Shown here in pieces: positions 29,577-39,207 of a DNA stretch of 64,000 bases. Source of the DNA: a virus (taxonomy: Duplodnaviria; Caudoviricetes); IMG/VR virus record IMGVR_UViG_2974508059_000001, positions 32,001 to 96,000 of that record, one strand, 5' to 3'. Within the stretch, counting starts at the first letter, position 1; the number at the start of each line of letters is the position of its first letter. The notes beneath the pieces are model-generated. The model saw nothing but the letters and a program-made list of their open reading frames with translations. It ran no database searches and was not told the origin of the DNA. Both the position numbers and the translations under genes were made by a program.

Positions 29577-30885
29577 GTCGGGTGCCGAATGGCAACCTAT
29601 CAAACAGCCTACCCCGGAATTGGCACAAGCCCAAGACGGGATAAAGGAAGCCTCGAACATTGTGACCGAGCCATTACGCACCACGGTAATGGACTTGCAG
29701 CGTGTGTCGAAGCAGCACCTGTTACAGTACGTAACCGGTTCCTCGTGGTCGGTGACGTTCTACCACTTCCTGCGGGGCAAGAATGACCCGTTGAAAATTA
29801 TCGACCCCAAGGTTGATAACTCCACCCAACAGCTGGAGAAAATCCACAATCTCGAGCTGCGTGTCACCACCGCTTTGCAGCGTAGTCAGCAGTCCGACAA
29901 CCGCACCTTTGAAATCACCGGGGCTGCGACGGTAGTCAACTCGATTCCGCCGAACGTTACCGACTGCTTTGTGGCAGAGATGGATGGCGGTCGACTGGGC
30001 CTGTTTAACATCACGTCTTCAATCCGTGGGTCCGACAACAAAATCGCCACCTACGAGATTGAGTACGCGATGCTCTACGAGGTCACGCCGGATATTGCGA
30101 ACATCCTGAAAGCGTGTACGGTGCGTGAGTATTACTACGTCCGGGAACGTGCGTGGTGGGGCGAAGACACCCTCTTACAGCCGGACGAGTGGAATGAGTT
30201 TCTGCGGGTAGAACGTTTACTGCTGGATATCGAGCAGACGTATGTCAAACGCTTCTACGATCACGAAACCCAAACGCTGAAGTTCCCCGAGGATGAGTAC
30301 CGGGTGTACGATGTGTTCTTGGCACGGTTTGTTCGGGCAATTGGCTTGACCATGCCGGGGCACGATATCCGTATCTACCCGCACCCACCCAAACAGGTGA
30401 ACGATGTCGAAACCTTCTGGGACGCTATCATTAACCAAAGCGGAACCTTCCTTGAGGACTTCAACCGCCGTTGTGCGTGTTTCTCTGTGAAGACGTTCCG
30501 GGTATTGCAGATGATGAACACCATTGGCTGGTCAAAGTTCCATGCCACGTTGTTCTTCACTGCGGATAACAAGTACGCGACCTACCCGTACAACTTCCCG
30601 GGCTTTGCTGGTTTTGTACCAGAGAGCATTAACTACCGCGGCAACGTAGGGGAAACCTTACCGGCCTTCGGTGTTCCAACTCTCACGCCGTATATCCTGA
30701 GTGAAGAGTTTTACAAGGGCAGTTACACCAACGTGCTTGAGTGGGCGTTGCACCTCTTTATCAAACAGCAGCCGATTTCTCCCCAGCCGATCATTATCTT
30801 GGCTGAGATGTTACGTACGCTGCCGAAGACGGCGCAGTTCTACTACACCCCGCTGGTTTACGTGCTCCTCCGTTACGTGAGGTAG
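29560..30885 (+). CDS. Virion structural protein, probable head-tail connector (phiKZ gp99-like position)
   Basis: GSSWSVTFY and PNVTDCFVAEMDGGRLGLFNIT pattern; synteny. Confidence 0.6.
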   Translation: MLKSSKSGAEWQPIKQPTPELAQAQDGIKEASNIVTEPLRTTVMDLQRVSKQHLLQYVTGSSWSVTFYHFLRGKNDPLKIIDPKVDNSTQQLEKIHNLELRVTTALQRSQQSDNRTFEITGAATVVNSIPPNVTDCFVAEMDGGRLGLFNITSSIRGSDNKIATYEIEYAMLYEVTPDIANILKACTVREYYYVRERAWWGEDTLLQPDEWNEFLRVERLLLDIEQTYVKRFYDHETQTLKFPEDEYRVYDVFLARFVRAIGLTMPGHDIRIYPHPPKQVNDVETFWDAIINQSGTFLEDFNRRCACFSVKTFRVLQMMNTIGWSKFHATLFFTADNKYATYPYNFPGFAGFVPESINYRGNVGETLPAFGVPTLTPYILSEEFYKGSYTNVLEWALHLFIKQQPISPQPIIILAEMLRTLPKTAQFYYTPLVYVLLRYVR

Positions 30886-30887
30886 TA

Positions 30888-31433
30888 ATGAGCAAGAAGT
30901 TTACCCCCGCCTTCCATTTGTTTCACAGCTGGGTAAGCTGGCGTGTGCCGGCTTATGCAACGTTGACCGAGTACGCCTTGCAAGAGCACGGTGTCTTTTT
31001 GCCGGAAGACAAGAAGAAGGCCAACGCCATCCTGCACGACCGTAAGATGATAATGGCTCGTCCGTTTGAAATTGCGGAGTATCTGTCGCAGGGTATGCCA
31101 CTGGACATCAATGACCCCAACGATGCTATCAAGGTATACGGTTGGATAATGGAACACATGGCCAACTGGTTGAACTTTTCCAGTAACCCGTCCCTTATCA
31201 AACGGCATATCCCGATAGAAGGAATGCGTGAGTTTAATAACCTTGCGAACAAGCTCTTTCCGGTCGCCCACCGTTACGGGTATTTCCGTAAGGCGGAAAT
31301 CACGATGTCAGACTCGTTGCAGTCGTTCTTCGGTCAGGAGGTGAAAGCCACCAAAGACGAACACCGCTTTAACGACACCCTGATACGGCGACTGGAAGTG
31401 GCAGCGCGTTATCAATCCCGAGGAGCGAGATAA
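30888..31433 (+). CDS. Conserved hypothetical protein
   Basis: GAGGT SD; coupled to both neighbours. Confidence 0.75.
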   Translation: MSKKFTPAFHLFHSWVSWRVPAYATLTEYALQEHGVFLPEDKKKANAILHDRKMIMARPFEIAEYLSQGMPLDINDPNDAIKVYGWIMEHMANWLNFSSNPSLIKRHIPIEGMREFNNLANKLFPVAHRYGYFRKAEITMSDSLQSFFGQEVKATKDEHRFNDTLIRRLEVAARYQSRGAR

Positions 31434-32737
31434 TGTTCGATAGGTTCCAGACAATTGTCAATAGCCACATCAGCCGGGCAATTGCGGCACCTGCCATCAA
31501 CTACAGCGCTATCGTCACCATCAAGGGCATCACGCTCAAAGTGTTGAAGGTGCGGGACGTTATCCACAGCAGTAACTTCGTGGGGGCGGTCTCAACGATA
31601 ACGCACATCACGATGGCAGTCCCGACCTCCCAGATGCGACTACTGACCACCCGTGCCAACGGAAACATGAATGTCAAACTCCTTACCTTGGCCGGTGAGA
31701 AGATTTTGAACACCGTGAACTACAATGGCGTGGTGGTCGGTACCCGTGACCCGGACATGGAATCCCCGACGATGTTCTTGGGGGAGTCTGATGATAAGTC
31801 GGTGGCCATGGTAACGCTTGAGCTGATGCCAGCCTCACTGTGGTACCAGCGTCTGAAGAACGTGGGCGGGACGTATCACGGGACGGATGGTCTCACGCTA
31901 CTGCGTAAACTGTTGGTTGATACCCTGCCCAATCAGCAGGCCGAAGCCGGCATTGTGCACTCGATTCAGTACGAGACGGAAGAGCAGCAACTTTATCGGG
32001 ATCTGGTGATTCCCGATTCCATTACCTTCTTGGAGGTGTTTGATTACATTCAGGAAAAGTATGGGGTGTATTCGAAAGGGCTAGGCGTGTTCCAGTATTT
32101 CAATAACTGGTTCTTGTTTAGACCTTACGATGAAACCAAGTTTAACAAGGCCGGATTGAAACTGGTGGTGATGAACCTGCCGCGTGAACGCTCGGCGAAC
32201 ATTGACCGGACGTTACACAGCGAAGCCAGTGTGCGGTATATCATCACCGGCGGTGATACGCTCTCAGAGGACGTGCAAGACCAGAACGCTCTGAATCAGG
32301 GCACCGGTTATCGGGTGGGGTCGCTAAGGGCCTTAGACGGCCGTACAAGCTCGTTTACGCCGGGTGAGGTATCGAAGACTACACCGGACAAGTTCGTGTC
32401 GCAGGCTGCCCCTAATAAGCACGCCTCCGGCATGGTTAACGCTCCGGTACTCAAGAAGCATTACGCTGACCACGACAAAGACATTCGCTCCAAGCTTGCT
32501 ATGCAGGATGGGCGGATTGTGAAGGTGACGTGGAACCAGTCAATGCCGAACATTGTGTACCCGGGCATGCCGGTGAAGTTTATGTATGCCAACGACGTGG
32601 GAATGTACACCCGCTTTGGCACCGTATTGGGTGAGGTCTATCACGCCTCGGTGGATGGGCAGACGTTAGCGTCCGGTCGCTTTAACAGTCAGACCGAACT
32701 GACGCTGTGGCTCTCCAACTCAAAAATAACAAACTGA
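31433..32737 (+). CDS. Tail/baseplate protein, probable baseplate hub (phiKZ gp101-like)
   Basis: Beta-rich; YIQEKYGVYSKG and IVYPGMPVKF resemble gp27/VgrG-type hubs; synteny. Confidence 0.6.
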   Translation: MFDRFQTIVNSHISRAIAAPAINYSAIVTIKGITLKVLKVRDVIHSSNFVGAVSTITHITMAVPTSQMRLLTTRANGNMNVKLLTLAGEKILNTVNYNGVVVGTRDPDMESPTMFLGESDDKSVAMVTLELMPASLWYQRLKNVGGTYHGTDGLTLLRKLLVDTLPNQQAEAGIVHSIQYETEEQQLYRDLVIPDSITFLEVFDYIQEKYGVYSKGLGVFQYFNNWFLFRPYDETKFNKAGLKLVVMNLPRERSANIDRTLHSEASVRYIITGGDTLSEDVQDQNALNQGTGYRVGSLRALDGRTSSFTPGEVSKTTPDKFVSQAAPNKHASGMVNAPVLKKHYADHDKDIRSKLAMQDGRIVKVTWNQSMPNIVYPGMPVKFMYANDVGMYTRFGTVLGEVYHASVDGQTLASGRFNSQTELTLWLSNSKITN

Positions 32738-32779
32738 TGTTCTACTATGACACTAACACCCCTTAAGGATTGATAAACC

Positions 32780-33580
32780 ATGAGTAACAACAACGTTTAT
32801 TCCATGCGCATGTCTGGCCAAGTGATTCAGGCTATCGATAACTACGAAGCGAATCATTTCTCTAAACCGTCTAAGCTGTTCCCACGCATCAGTAAAGTCC
32901 TGCCGCAAACTGGCGAAGTGGCGTTGATGTATGTGATGGCCACCTCCATCGATAAACGTGTGGTGATTGTCTATACCCACGACGGTGTTGAAAGCGGCAA
33001 AGAGCTGACCATTGATGAACCGGGTTCACTGGGTAACCTGCTGTTCTTACATGCCATGACGACGGCCACCTGTGCACAGGCGCTGTCGCTGCAATACGGT
33101 TTCGGCTACGCGTATGCGTTTGCGCAGAAACTGGCAGAGGGATTAGTGGCGGGCGATACCACCACCTACCCACGTTACGTTGACCGCATCACCCCGAACA
33201 TGCTGACGGACGATCTGCAGTTTGATATGTTCCGCTTTACCATGGTCGGTGCCGCCCGCGATGAAGAGTACACCGGTGCCCTGCGTGCGGTGGTGCGTTA
33301 CACCGCGCTGCCGTGTGCGTCAGATGTCTCTACCAACTTCCGTGAAGTGTGGCCGGTTATCCGTCTGGGGCACTACGTGACCTTCAACTCGTACATTCCG
33401 TTCGATGCACAGATTCTGGGCCCGTTCGATAATGCCTCGATTCTGCCGGCAGCGAAGCGTTACGGTCTGACCTGCGACGAAGCCGTGGAAGTGATTGATG
33501 AAAACGACCGCATCAACATCTCCATCAAAAACGGCCTCGACCAGAACCCTGAGTTCGAAACGCTGACGTTTGGCGGCTAA
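32780..33580 (+). CDS. Hypothetical protein
   Basis: TAAGGA SD; strong codon bias; ends at a terminator. Confidence 0.8.
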   Translation: MSNNNVYSMRMSGQVIQAIDNYEANHFSKPSKLFPRISKVLPQTGEVALMYVMATSIDKRVVIVYTHDGVESGKELTIDEPGSLGNLLFLHAMTTATCAQALSLQYGFGYAYAFAQKLAEGLVAGDTTTYPRYVDRITPNMLTDDLQFDMFRFTMVGAARDEEYTGALRAVVRYTALPCASDVSTNFREVWPVIRLGHYVTFNSYIPFDAQILGPFDNASILPAAKRYGLTCDEAVEVIDENDRINISIKNGLDQNPEFETLTFGG

Positions 33581-33586
33581 GGTTTA

Positions 33587-33624
33587 CCTCCTTTCCTTCG
33601 GGAAGGGAGGATTCCTTCTTTTTT
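33587..33624 (+). terminator. Rho-independent terminator (UUCG)
   Basis: CCTCCTTTCC-ttcg-GGAAGGGAGG plus T-rich tail. Confidence 0.85.
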
Positions 33625-33748
33625 ACGCCTAGGCGTTATTCTACGAGTATAACCTGTGCGAATCGAATCATCATAGCCGTTAACCACAAAACGCCTTAGA
33701 ACGCGTTACAGAGCGTCTATGGGCCTTACTTCGAACGCATGAAATTTC

Positions 33749-33769
33749 AGATAGATATTACTAAGGTGA
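33749..33769 (+). promoter_or_regulatory. Putative phage early promoter, copy 2
   Basis: AGATAGATATTACTAAGGTGA. Confidence 0.72.
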
Positions 33770-33819
33770 ACGAATACATTAATCGTTCTACATCGACTAT
33801 CTAACTGTAAGGAATAATC

Positions 33820-34200
33820 ATGTCTAAAGTAATCTCTACTGAAATGAAAGCTCTGGTTAAGTCTTCCCCGTTCTATCTGATGATGCTGCTTTGCGCTAAA
33901 GATTCTGGTGTGGAAGAAACCATCGATGCCATCAAAGCTTGGGAAGAGCAGAACATGCCTAAGCTGCTTGACGTGATGAACCTGCCAGATGCTGAGGTAC
34001 CACACGAAGCCAAGCTGATTGCGTTAGTTTATAATTCAAAGTTCAGTCGCCCGTTTGAAGCAGACGACCTGCACGGCATGATTGACGAGTTCTTGGCACG
34101 CGTTGATGCCACGCCGGAACTGGCTGAAGAAGAGCTGAAGCCGTATGGTTCAGCCCGTGCTTATTACACCGCGAAGAAAGCAGAGTTCGCTAACGTCTAA
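33820..34200 (+). CDS. Hypothetical acidic protein (probable early gene)
   Basis: TAAGGA SD; first gene after the promoter motif. Confidence 0.8.
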   Translation: MSKVISTEMKALVKSSPFYLMMLLCAKDSGVEETIDAIKAWEEQNMPKLLDVMNLPDAEVPHEAKLIALVYNSKFSRPFEADDLHGMIDEFLARVDATPELAEEELKPYGSARAYYTAKKAEFANV

Positions 34201-34209
34201 GGAAACGCT

Positions 34210-34392
34210 ATGACAATCTCAGGAGTAGGCTCAAGCTATGGTTACGAATCGAAGCGTGTCACTCCTGAGGAGCGTCATGCACGTATCCAAGCCCGTATCA
34301 ACATGCTGACCATTGAACTGGCAGCGGCTAAGACCCGTGGTGATATGGCAGAAGTGTCCCGTATCGCTGCACTCATTGCTGAACTAAAATAA
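34210..34392 (+). CDS. Small helical-hairpin protein
   Basis: TAAGGA SD; 60 aa. Confidence 0.7.
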   Translation: MTISGVGSSYGYESKRVTPEERHARIQARINMLTIELAAAKTRGDMAEVSRIAALIAELK

Positions 34393-34415
34393 TCGACTAT
34401 TCAAAGAGGCCCATT

Positions 34416-34559
34416 ATGTTAACTCGTAACCACCTGAAAGCTATCGCCGGCATCGTTCTGTTTGTCGCTGTTGCGTGCTCTATCATCACTGTCAATAACG
34501 ATTACAACCATTGTGTTGACTTAGGCAACTCTGCAGCCCAGTGCACAGGACGTGGCTAA
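34416..34559 (+). CDS. Small single-TM membrane peptide (47 aa; not in the ORF track)
   Basis: AGAGG SD; MLTRNHLKAIAGIVLFVAVACSIITVNNDYNHCVDLGNSAAQCTGRG. Confidence 0.65.
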   Translation: MLTRNHLKAIAGIVLFVAVACSIITVNNDYNHCVDLGNSAAQCTGRG

Positions 34560-34560
34560 G

Positions 34561-34746
34561 ATGACTTTCTCTGACGCACAGTTCAACGAGTTCTTAACTA
34601 ACCCACGCATCAAACGTGAGTGGGATAACCTGTCCAACGGTGCAACGCATCGTCAGCAGGATGAGCAGGCAGTCCGTGTGACTGCCCAAGTATTCGCCGT
34701 AGACATGATGGGCAACGTAAGCCCACTGGAGCAATATAATGACTGA
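34561..34746 (+). CDS. Small hypothetical protein
   Basis: ATG one base after the previous stop; AGGA upstream. Confidence 0.65.
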   Translation: MTFSDAQFNEFLTNPRIKREWDNLSNGATHRQQDEQAVRVTAQVFAVDMMGNVSPLEQYND

Positions 34747-35080
34747 AGAAAACAAAGGCACTATTGAGACCCGTGGCCTTGAAAGCGAGTCCGACCCACA
34801 ATGGTGGAAAGGTGGCGATGTTGAGGGAACACACAAACCCAGCCCGGAGCTGGAGAAGCTGTTAAAGGATGAAGGTCCGATTACCCTCGGGCCAACTGCG
34901 CGGTTCCTTTCGCAGATTCAGAACAGTGAAGGCACGGAAGCGGCAGCAGCCCTTCTGAAAGCCTTCGACCACCATGACGGTACCCGCATGCTCCTGAACC
35001 CGAAAAAGCGCAAGGAGAGTCCGGCTACCCGGAAGTATCGTAATGTCATGAGCGGCCTTATCGCTCGTGCTGCTAAGTAA
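34739..35080 (+). CDS. Hypothetical protein, acidic N-terminus and basic C-terminus
   Basis: GGAG SD; ends at a terminator. Confidence 0.75.
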   Translation: MTEENKGTIETRGLESESDPQWWKGGDVEGTHKPSPELEKLLKDEGPITLGPTARFLSQIQNSEGTEAAAALLKAFDHHDGTRMLLNPKKRKESPATRKYRNVMSGLIARAAK

Positions 35081-35088
35081 CAACCAAC

Positions 35089-35115
35089 GGCCACCTTCGG
35101 GTGGCTTTCTTTTTT
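35089..35115 (+). terminator. Rho-independent terminator (UUCG)
   Basis: GGCCACC-ttcg-GGTGGCT plus T run. Confidence 0.85.
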
Positions 35116-35132
35116 CTCGTAAGGAGTATTAC

Positions 35133-36155
35133 ATGTCAACTATCGAAAACGCATTCCCGGGCTTTATTCTCGTCTCTCCTGAACACACCCTGTTGGCAGG
35201 GGCTAACTACGAAACTCTCGCCAAAGTCGAACCCGACCTGTGGGAAGTCAAACGCGCGTTCCACAACGGTAAAGAAGCCGTCTCTGTCTACCATCGCGGT
35301 GACCTGTTCCATCACCAGTATAACTACGAGCAGTCTGGTGTGAAGACCATGCCCATCAGTGCGATTATCCACGCACAGGCGTATGTCATCACTGCCGGTG
35401 GTGACGTGCAAACCATCCGCAACGATGTAGAAGCCCTGAACGTGCTGGCCCGTAAGGTTATCCCAGATCTCGACCTCCAAGACCAGGGTCGTGCGCAGGA
35501 ATGGGCAAAGAAAGAATTCAATGACCCCATTACCGCGGCTGATGAATTCTATCACACTTGCATGGGCTTCATGATGGACAACCTGCGTAAGTGGAAACAC
35601 AAAGACGGCCTGGTTATCACACAGCGCATGTTGTGGGGCATCCAGTCCACCGGCTTCACTATCTCAATGAAGCACGAAGATGACAAGATTGAATTCAATC
35701 GTAAATACGAGTTCTTGTCTGACTTCACCGGGTCGATGCAAGAAGAGGTGAAAGCCTTCACCGAGCTGCTACTGACCATGGGCTGGATTAGCGCCAGCCC
35801 AGACCCGATTGACATTGAGCGTCTGCGCAAAGAACGTATTGCCCGTAACTTCGTCAACCACCACCACAACGTTGAGCAGAGCCTCAAGCACAAGACACTG
35901 ACTTCTGAGTGTCGTACTGCAGAGTCATTCGCTAACCTGCCACCGGCCATGCGCGAAGAGGCGATGGAAGCCGCCCGTAACGTGAACGTTGAAGACGCTT
36001 ACCCCTCCATACCCGAGCAAGAACGGTTACAGCTGCGCCGTAATATTCTCGGGCGTATCGCTGAGTTAGAAGCCGCACCTGCGGATACGGAAAATGAAAA
36101 GACCTTGCGCGATGCAGCAATCCGCGAGCTGAACGACGCGCTTACTCGCGTGTAA
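35133..36155 (+). CDS. Hypothetical protein
   Basis: TAAGGAG SD before ATG 35133. Confidence 0.8.
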   Translation: MSTIENAFPGFILVSPEHTLLAGANYETLAKVEPDLWEVKRAFHNGKEAVSVYHRGDLFHHQYNYEQSGVKTMPISAIIHAQAYVITAGGDVQTIRNDVEALNVLARKVIPDLDLQDQGRAQEWAKKEFNDPITAADEFYHTCMGFMMDNLRKWKHKDGLVITQRMLWGIQSTGFTISMKHEDDKIEFNRKYEFLSDFTGSMQEEVKAFTELLLTMGWISASPDPIDIERLRKERIARNFVNHHHNVEQSLKHKTLTSECRTAESFANLPPAMREEAMEAARNVNVEDAYPSIPEQERLQLRRNILGRIAELEAAPADTENEKTLRDAAIRELNDALTRV

Positions 36156-36170
36156 GCAAATAAAATAACC

Positions 36171-36205
36171 ACCCCTACCCGAAAGAGTAGGGGTTCTTTC
36201 TTTTT
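36171..36205 (+). terminator. Rho-independent terminator (GAAA loop)
   Basis: ACCCCTACCC-gaaa-GAGTAGGGGT plus T-rich tail. Confidence 0.8.
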
Positions 36206-36220
36206 GTAAGGAGCAATAGA

Positions 36221-36913
36221 ATGAGCGAGTTTAACCTCGGTAAGTTTTGGAACACGGTTCAAGCTAAATACTACGTTGACGAAACTGACAACCTGTTCGT
36301 CTCAGAGAGTCAGCTCTATGAGCTGGCGGGTCGCTACGTGGAGGAGCATGACTTAACGGCACTGGTCGTGACCTTTGAAGGCACAACGGTTTACGAGCGC
36401 GTAATCCACGGCGGTCCCCTCAGCACTCCAGAGATGATGGAGGCCTGCTATTCAACCGTGGCAGCTGCGATGCACAGTGCATTGTTGAGCACGTGGGACG
36501 CCAAAGCCCGCGATAACTACCTGCGTGACCTGTTCACTATCGTGCGCCAGATTAACGTCAATGCGCCAGACGAAGAAGTACAGGAACTGTTGCGCCGCAT
36601 TAAGCCTGAGAGCGATAGCGTTGATTGCGCACCCGACGGCATTTACTGGAACAGCGCGCACTATATCCGTAAGTTCTTCCCGGACAACGATTCGCTCCCA
36701 CCGGTACAATTCTCCAACGGGGAGATGTTATTCCTGATTCGTCCGATGTACGACGAGCATCAGGTCGAAGTCCTGACCATGGCCTTCCGCAACGATTTAA
36801 GCCTGCAAGGGCGCAAGCTTATGGCTTGGTACATGCATTACGAAGAAGACCTTCAGCAGCTCATTGATGAGTTCAAAGAGAGCGTTGATAAGCTCGGCTG
36901 GAAGTTGGTCTAA
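36221..36913 (+). CDS. Hypothetical protein
   Basis: TAAGGAG SD. Confidence 0.8.
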   Translation: MSEFNLGKFWNTVQAKYYVDETDNLFVSESQLYELAGRYVEEHDLTALVVTFEGTTVYERVIHGGPLSTPEMMEACYSTVAAAMHSALLSTWDAKARDNYLRDLFTIVRQINVNAPDEEVQELLRRIKPESDSVDCAPDGIYWNSAHYIRKFFPDNDSLPPVQFSNGEMLFLIRPMYDEHQVEVLTMAFRNDLSLQGRKLMAWYMHYEEDLQQLIDEFKESVDKLGWKLV

Positions 36914-36920
36914 TTAATAA

Positions 36921-36965
36921 GCAGTGTCCTTCGGGGCACTGTTTTTTTTTGTTTATTTTTTTTTT
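36921..36965 (+). terminator. Rho-independent terminator with very long T tail
   Basis: GCAGTGTCC-ttcg-GGGCACTGT followed by more than 20 nt of nearly pure T. Confidence 0.9.
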
Positions 36966-36970
36966 GCATG

Positions 36971-37006
36971 AAAAAGAAAAAGCACCCCCACCGATTGGCA
37001 GGGGTG
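36971..37006 (-). terminator. Probable minus-strand terminator
   Basis: A-run then CACCCC..ccgattgg..GGGGTG hairpin, which reads hairpin plus U tail on the minus strand. Confidence 0.55.
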
Positions 37007-37115
37007 AATATCCGAGCAAGACAAGATCGATTTTCATGTTGTGGATTACCGGATAGTAACCCATATAATCGCCCAGACAAATTAGTATGCATTCCCTACA
37101 GCCATGGAGTTTCAA

Positions 37116-37568
37116 ATGATCCCGTCTATTTTATTACACGCTTCCGCCTATCACTCATCGGATCTTGCACCAGGTTTTAAGCGCACCCATGAGCTTGTCA
37201 AATGGGATGATACGGAAAGCAACGAATGGCTATATGCAGGCGTTGATAGACTTGACGTGTTGCTACAGGGGTATGGTGGCTATATGGAGCGGGCGTATAA
37301 CTCCACACGTTTACAAGTGAACGGTAGGCGGGTCACCGTGTGGTTTGACGAGCTACCCGAGGATGTCGCACCACCGACCATTTATCTTTATACCGTCAGT
37401 CCCGATGAATCAGACGGGTGGGTGCCGGTGGGGAATAAAATAAATACCCATTTCAAAGAATACAAAACGAAGAATACGGTGCACTATAAAAAGGTGGAGG
37501 AGGTACGTATGGACGCGAGGTGGTTTACAAATCAGGGCTTCCGACTTACACACAAACAAAACAAATAA
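37116..37568 (+). CDS. Hypothetical protein
   Basis: GGAG SD before ATG 37116; solitary gene convergent with the helicase. Confidence 0.7.
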   Translation: MIPSILLHASAYHSSDLAPGFKRTHELVKWDDTESNEWLYAGVDRLDVLLQGYGGYMERAYNSTRLQVNGRRVTVWFDELPEDVAPPTIYLYTVSPDESDGWVPVGNKINTHFKEYKTKNTVHYKKVEEVRMDARWFTNQGFRLTHKQNK

Positions 37569-37622
37569 GTTATCAGGGCGGCACATCTAAACCACCCGAG
37601 AGCCTTGGCTCTCGGGCAGCTG

Positions 37623-39194
37623 TTAGAACAAATCGTCGCCCATGCCACCGGTAAAGTGGTTGATTGAGGAGGCGGAGACTTTGTTTTCTTTATCTACATC
37701 CCAAGGAAGGATGCCTACGTCATGGAATGGCAACACACAGTAGTGATGCTTTTCATGGGTATCGATAATGGTGCGGTGTTTCCCTCGTTGCACCTCGAGG
37801 TAGCTGCGTCCGTTGACGACACGCTTGTTGAAGAACATTTCGCCGTCAGCCTCGTTATCAAGGCTGGTACAGTTGTCGTAGAGACCACGACCTGGAAGAC
37901 TCTTACAGAATCCTACTGGGTCAAGCGCTTTCGCTTGTTTACCCGCTGGTGAAATTTGGTGCGGTGCTAATGCAAAGCCTTTCTGACGGATAACCATGAT
38001 GTTACGCACGATACGGTAAATCTCTTTGATGTCCGTACCGGCAATGCCGTTACCGTGGCCAGCTTTGTTAATCGTGCCGAAGTAATCGCCACGCAACCCA
38101 ACGACGTGGAACCCGCGTGTTTTCAGGTCCGAGATAATGTCATTGAGGTAATGAACTTTGAAGTCAGTGTTGGTGTGTTTCTGGAACACGTAGTCCCAAC
38201 CGTTCTGACGAATCTTGCCACACAGGTAATCAGACATGCCCTGCGTGTGTGCTTCTTTCTCGAGGTCTGTTGCAGTCTCCGGCATAATCAGCGACGGGGC
38301 AACACCTTCGTAGTGACCATACACTGCCTGATAACCGTAGGCAATGTTAACGTCGAGTTCGTTTTCAAACGACAAGTCTAAGATAACCGGCGTTAATGTT
38401 CCCGGTACGTCAAGCATCACTGAACCCGGGTCATTGAAGATAGGGATAGACAGTGAGGTCAACAGACTGAACAGTGACTTACAGTTAAAGGGCAGGGCCG
38501 GCTGTAACCACAGCTCTTCGGTAATCCCTTTGTTACAACCCAGCATGTTGTTGATATCTTGCCAACCGGTACGCAGACCGTTACCTGCTGCTTTACGGTT
38601 GATGCTACCAAAAACTTTTACGAACGGTGCGGTGTTATTTGTGACGAGCTCATTGACTAGGCTTGGAATCTTATTATGAGCGCGTTCACCGAACGCTGAT
38701 AGCGAGTTCTTAAGTTCGCTCAGTGCTGTGGTGACATCAATACGGGTTTCTGTTCCATTAACAGCGCCCCAAGCACGACCCAGTTGTTGCTTAAGTGCAA
38801 CACCTTGGATAACTTGACGCATCTGGAAGTAATAGGAGGCGACAAGCTTACGACGGTACTCTTGTAGCGCTTCTTCTTCGGCAGGCACGTCCTCACCTTC
38901 TTCTTTCAGGAAGTCGGTTATCGTATCGTATAGAGGACGCATTTGTGTTGTGGCCAGTCGAAGACGCTTCATGACAACGTGGTGGTCGTACTCGACACCG
39001 CTGTCAATGATAGATGTGATGATATCCTTGATTTCGATTAGGGCAGACCTTTCGTCCCCCTCTTCGACATAGTCAGGTAACCTAGCTTCTAGCAGTATTC
39101 TTCTTATGACGTCGTGGTCAATGACCGGGTCGTTAAGAAGGCTCTCCGCATGTAGCGTCGCTAAGGCTGTTATCAACATCATTTTACTATTCAT
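37623..39194 (-). CDS. dnaB: DnaB-like replicative helicase (phiKZ gp118-like)
   Basis: GLRTGWQDINNMLG, divergent Walker A ALPFNCKS, SFEN, GDY, PHQ, LDNEAD, RGKHR; divergent from the capsid operon. Confidence 0.85.
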   Translation of the reverse strand: MNSKMMLITALATLHAESLLNDPVIDHDVIRRILLEARLPDYVEEGDERSALIEIKDIITSIIDSGVEYDHHVVMKRLRLATTQMRPLYDTITDFLKEEGEDVPAEEEALQEYRRKLVASYYFQMRQVIQGVALKQQLGRAWGAVNGTETRIDVTTALSELKNSLSAFGERAHNKIPSLVNELVTNNTAPFVKVFGSINRKAAGNGLRTGWQDINNMLGCNKGITEELWLQPALPFNCKSLFSLLTSLSIPIFNDPGSVMLDVPGTLTPVILDLSFENELDVNIAYGYQAVYGHYEGVAPSLIMPETATDLEKEAHTQGMSDYLCGKIRQNGWDYVFQKHTNTDFKVHYLNDIISDLKTRGFHVVGLRGDYFGTINKAGHGNGIAGTDIKEIYRIVRNIMVIRQKGFALAPHQISPAGKQAKALDPVGFCKSLPGRGLYDNCTSLDNEADGEMFFNKRVVNGRSYLEVQRGKHRTIIDTHEKHHYCVLPFHDVGILPWDVDKENKVSASSINHFTGGMGDDLF

Positions 39195-39207
39195 GGAGCA
39201 TCCTTCA

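Noticed and set aside
36940-36981. Poly-T/poly-A run as a phase-variation or slippage site; ORFs 36873..37115, 36910..37092 and 36968..37180
   Set aside because: Explained as terminator tails in non-coding DNA; the ORFs are low-complexity read-throughs of them.
37039-37069. Sigma70-like TTGTGG-N19-TATAAT
   Set aside because: Poor -35 match and long spacer; not supportable without TSS data.
37623-39194. DnaB with non-canonical Walker A (ALPFNCKS) as a possible pseudogene
   Set aside because: The ORF is intact with the other motifs present; a divergent P-loop is what I recall for this phage helicase family.
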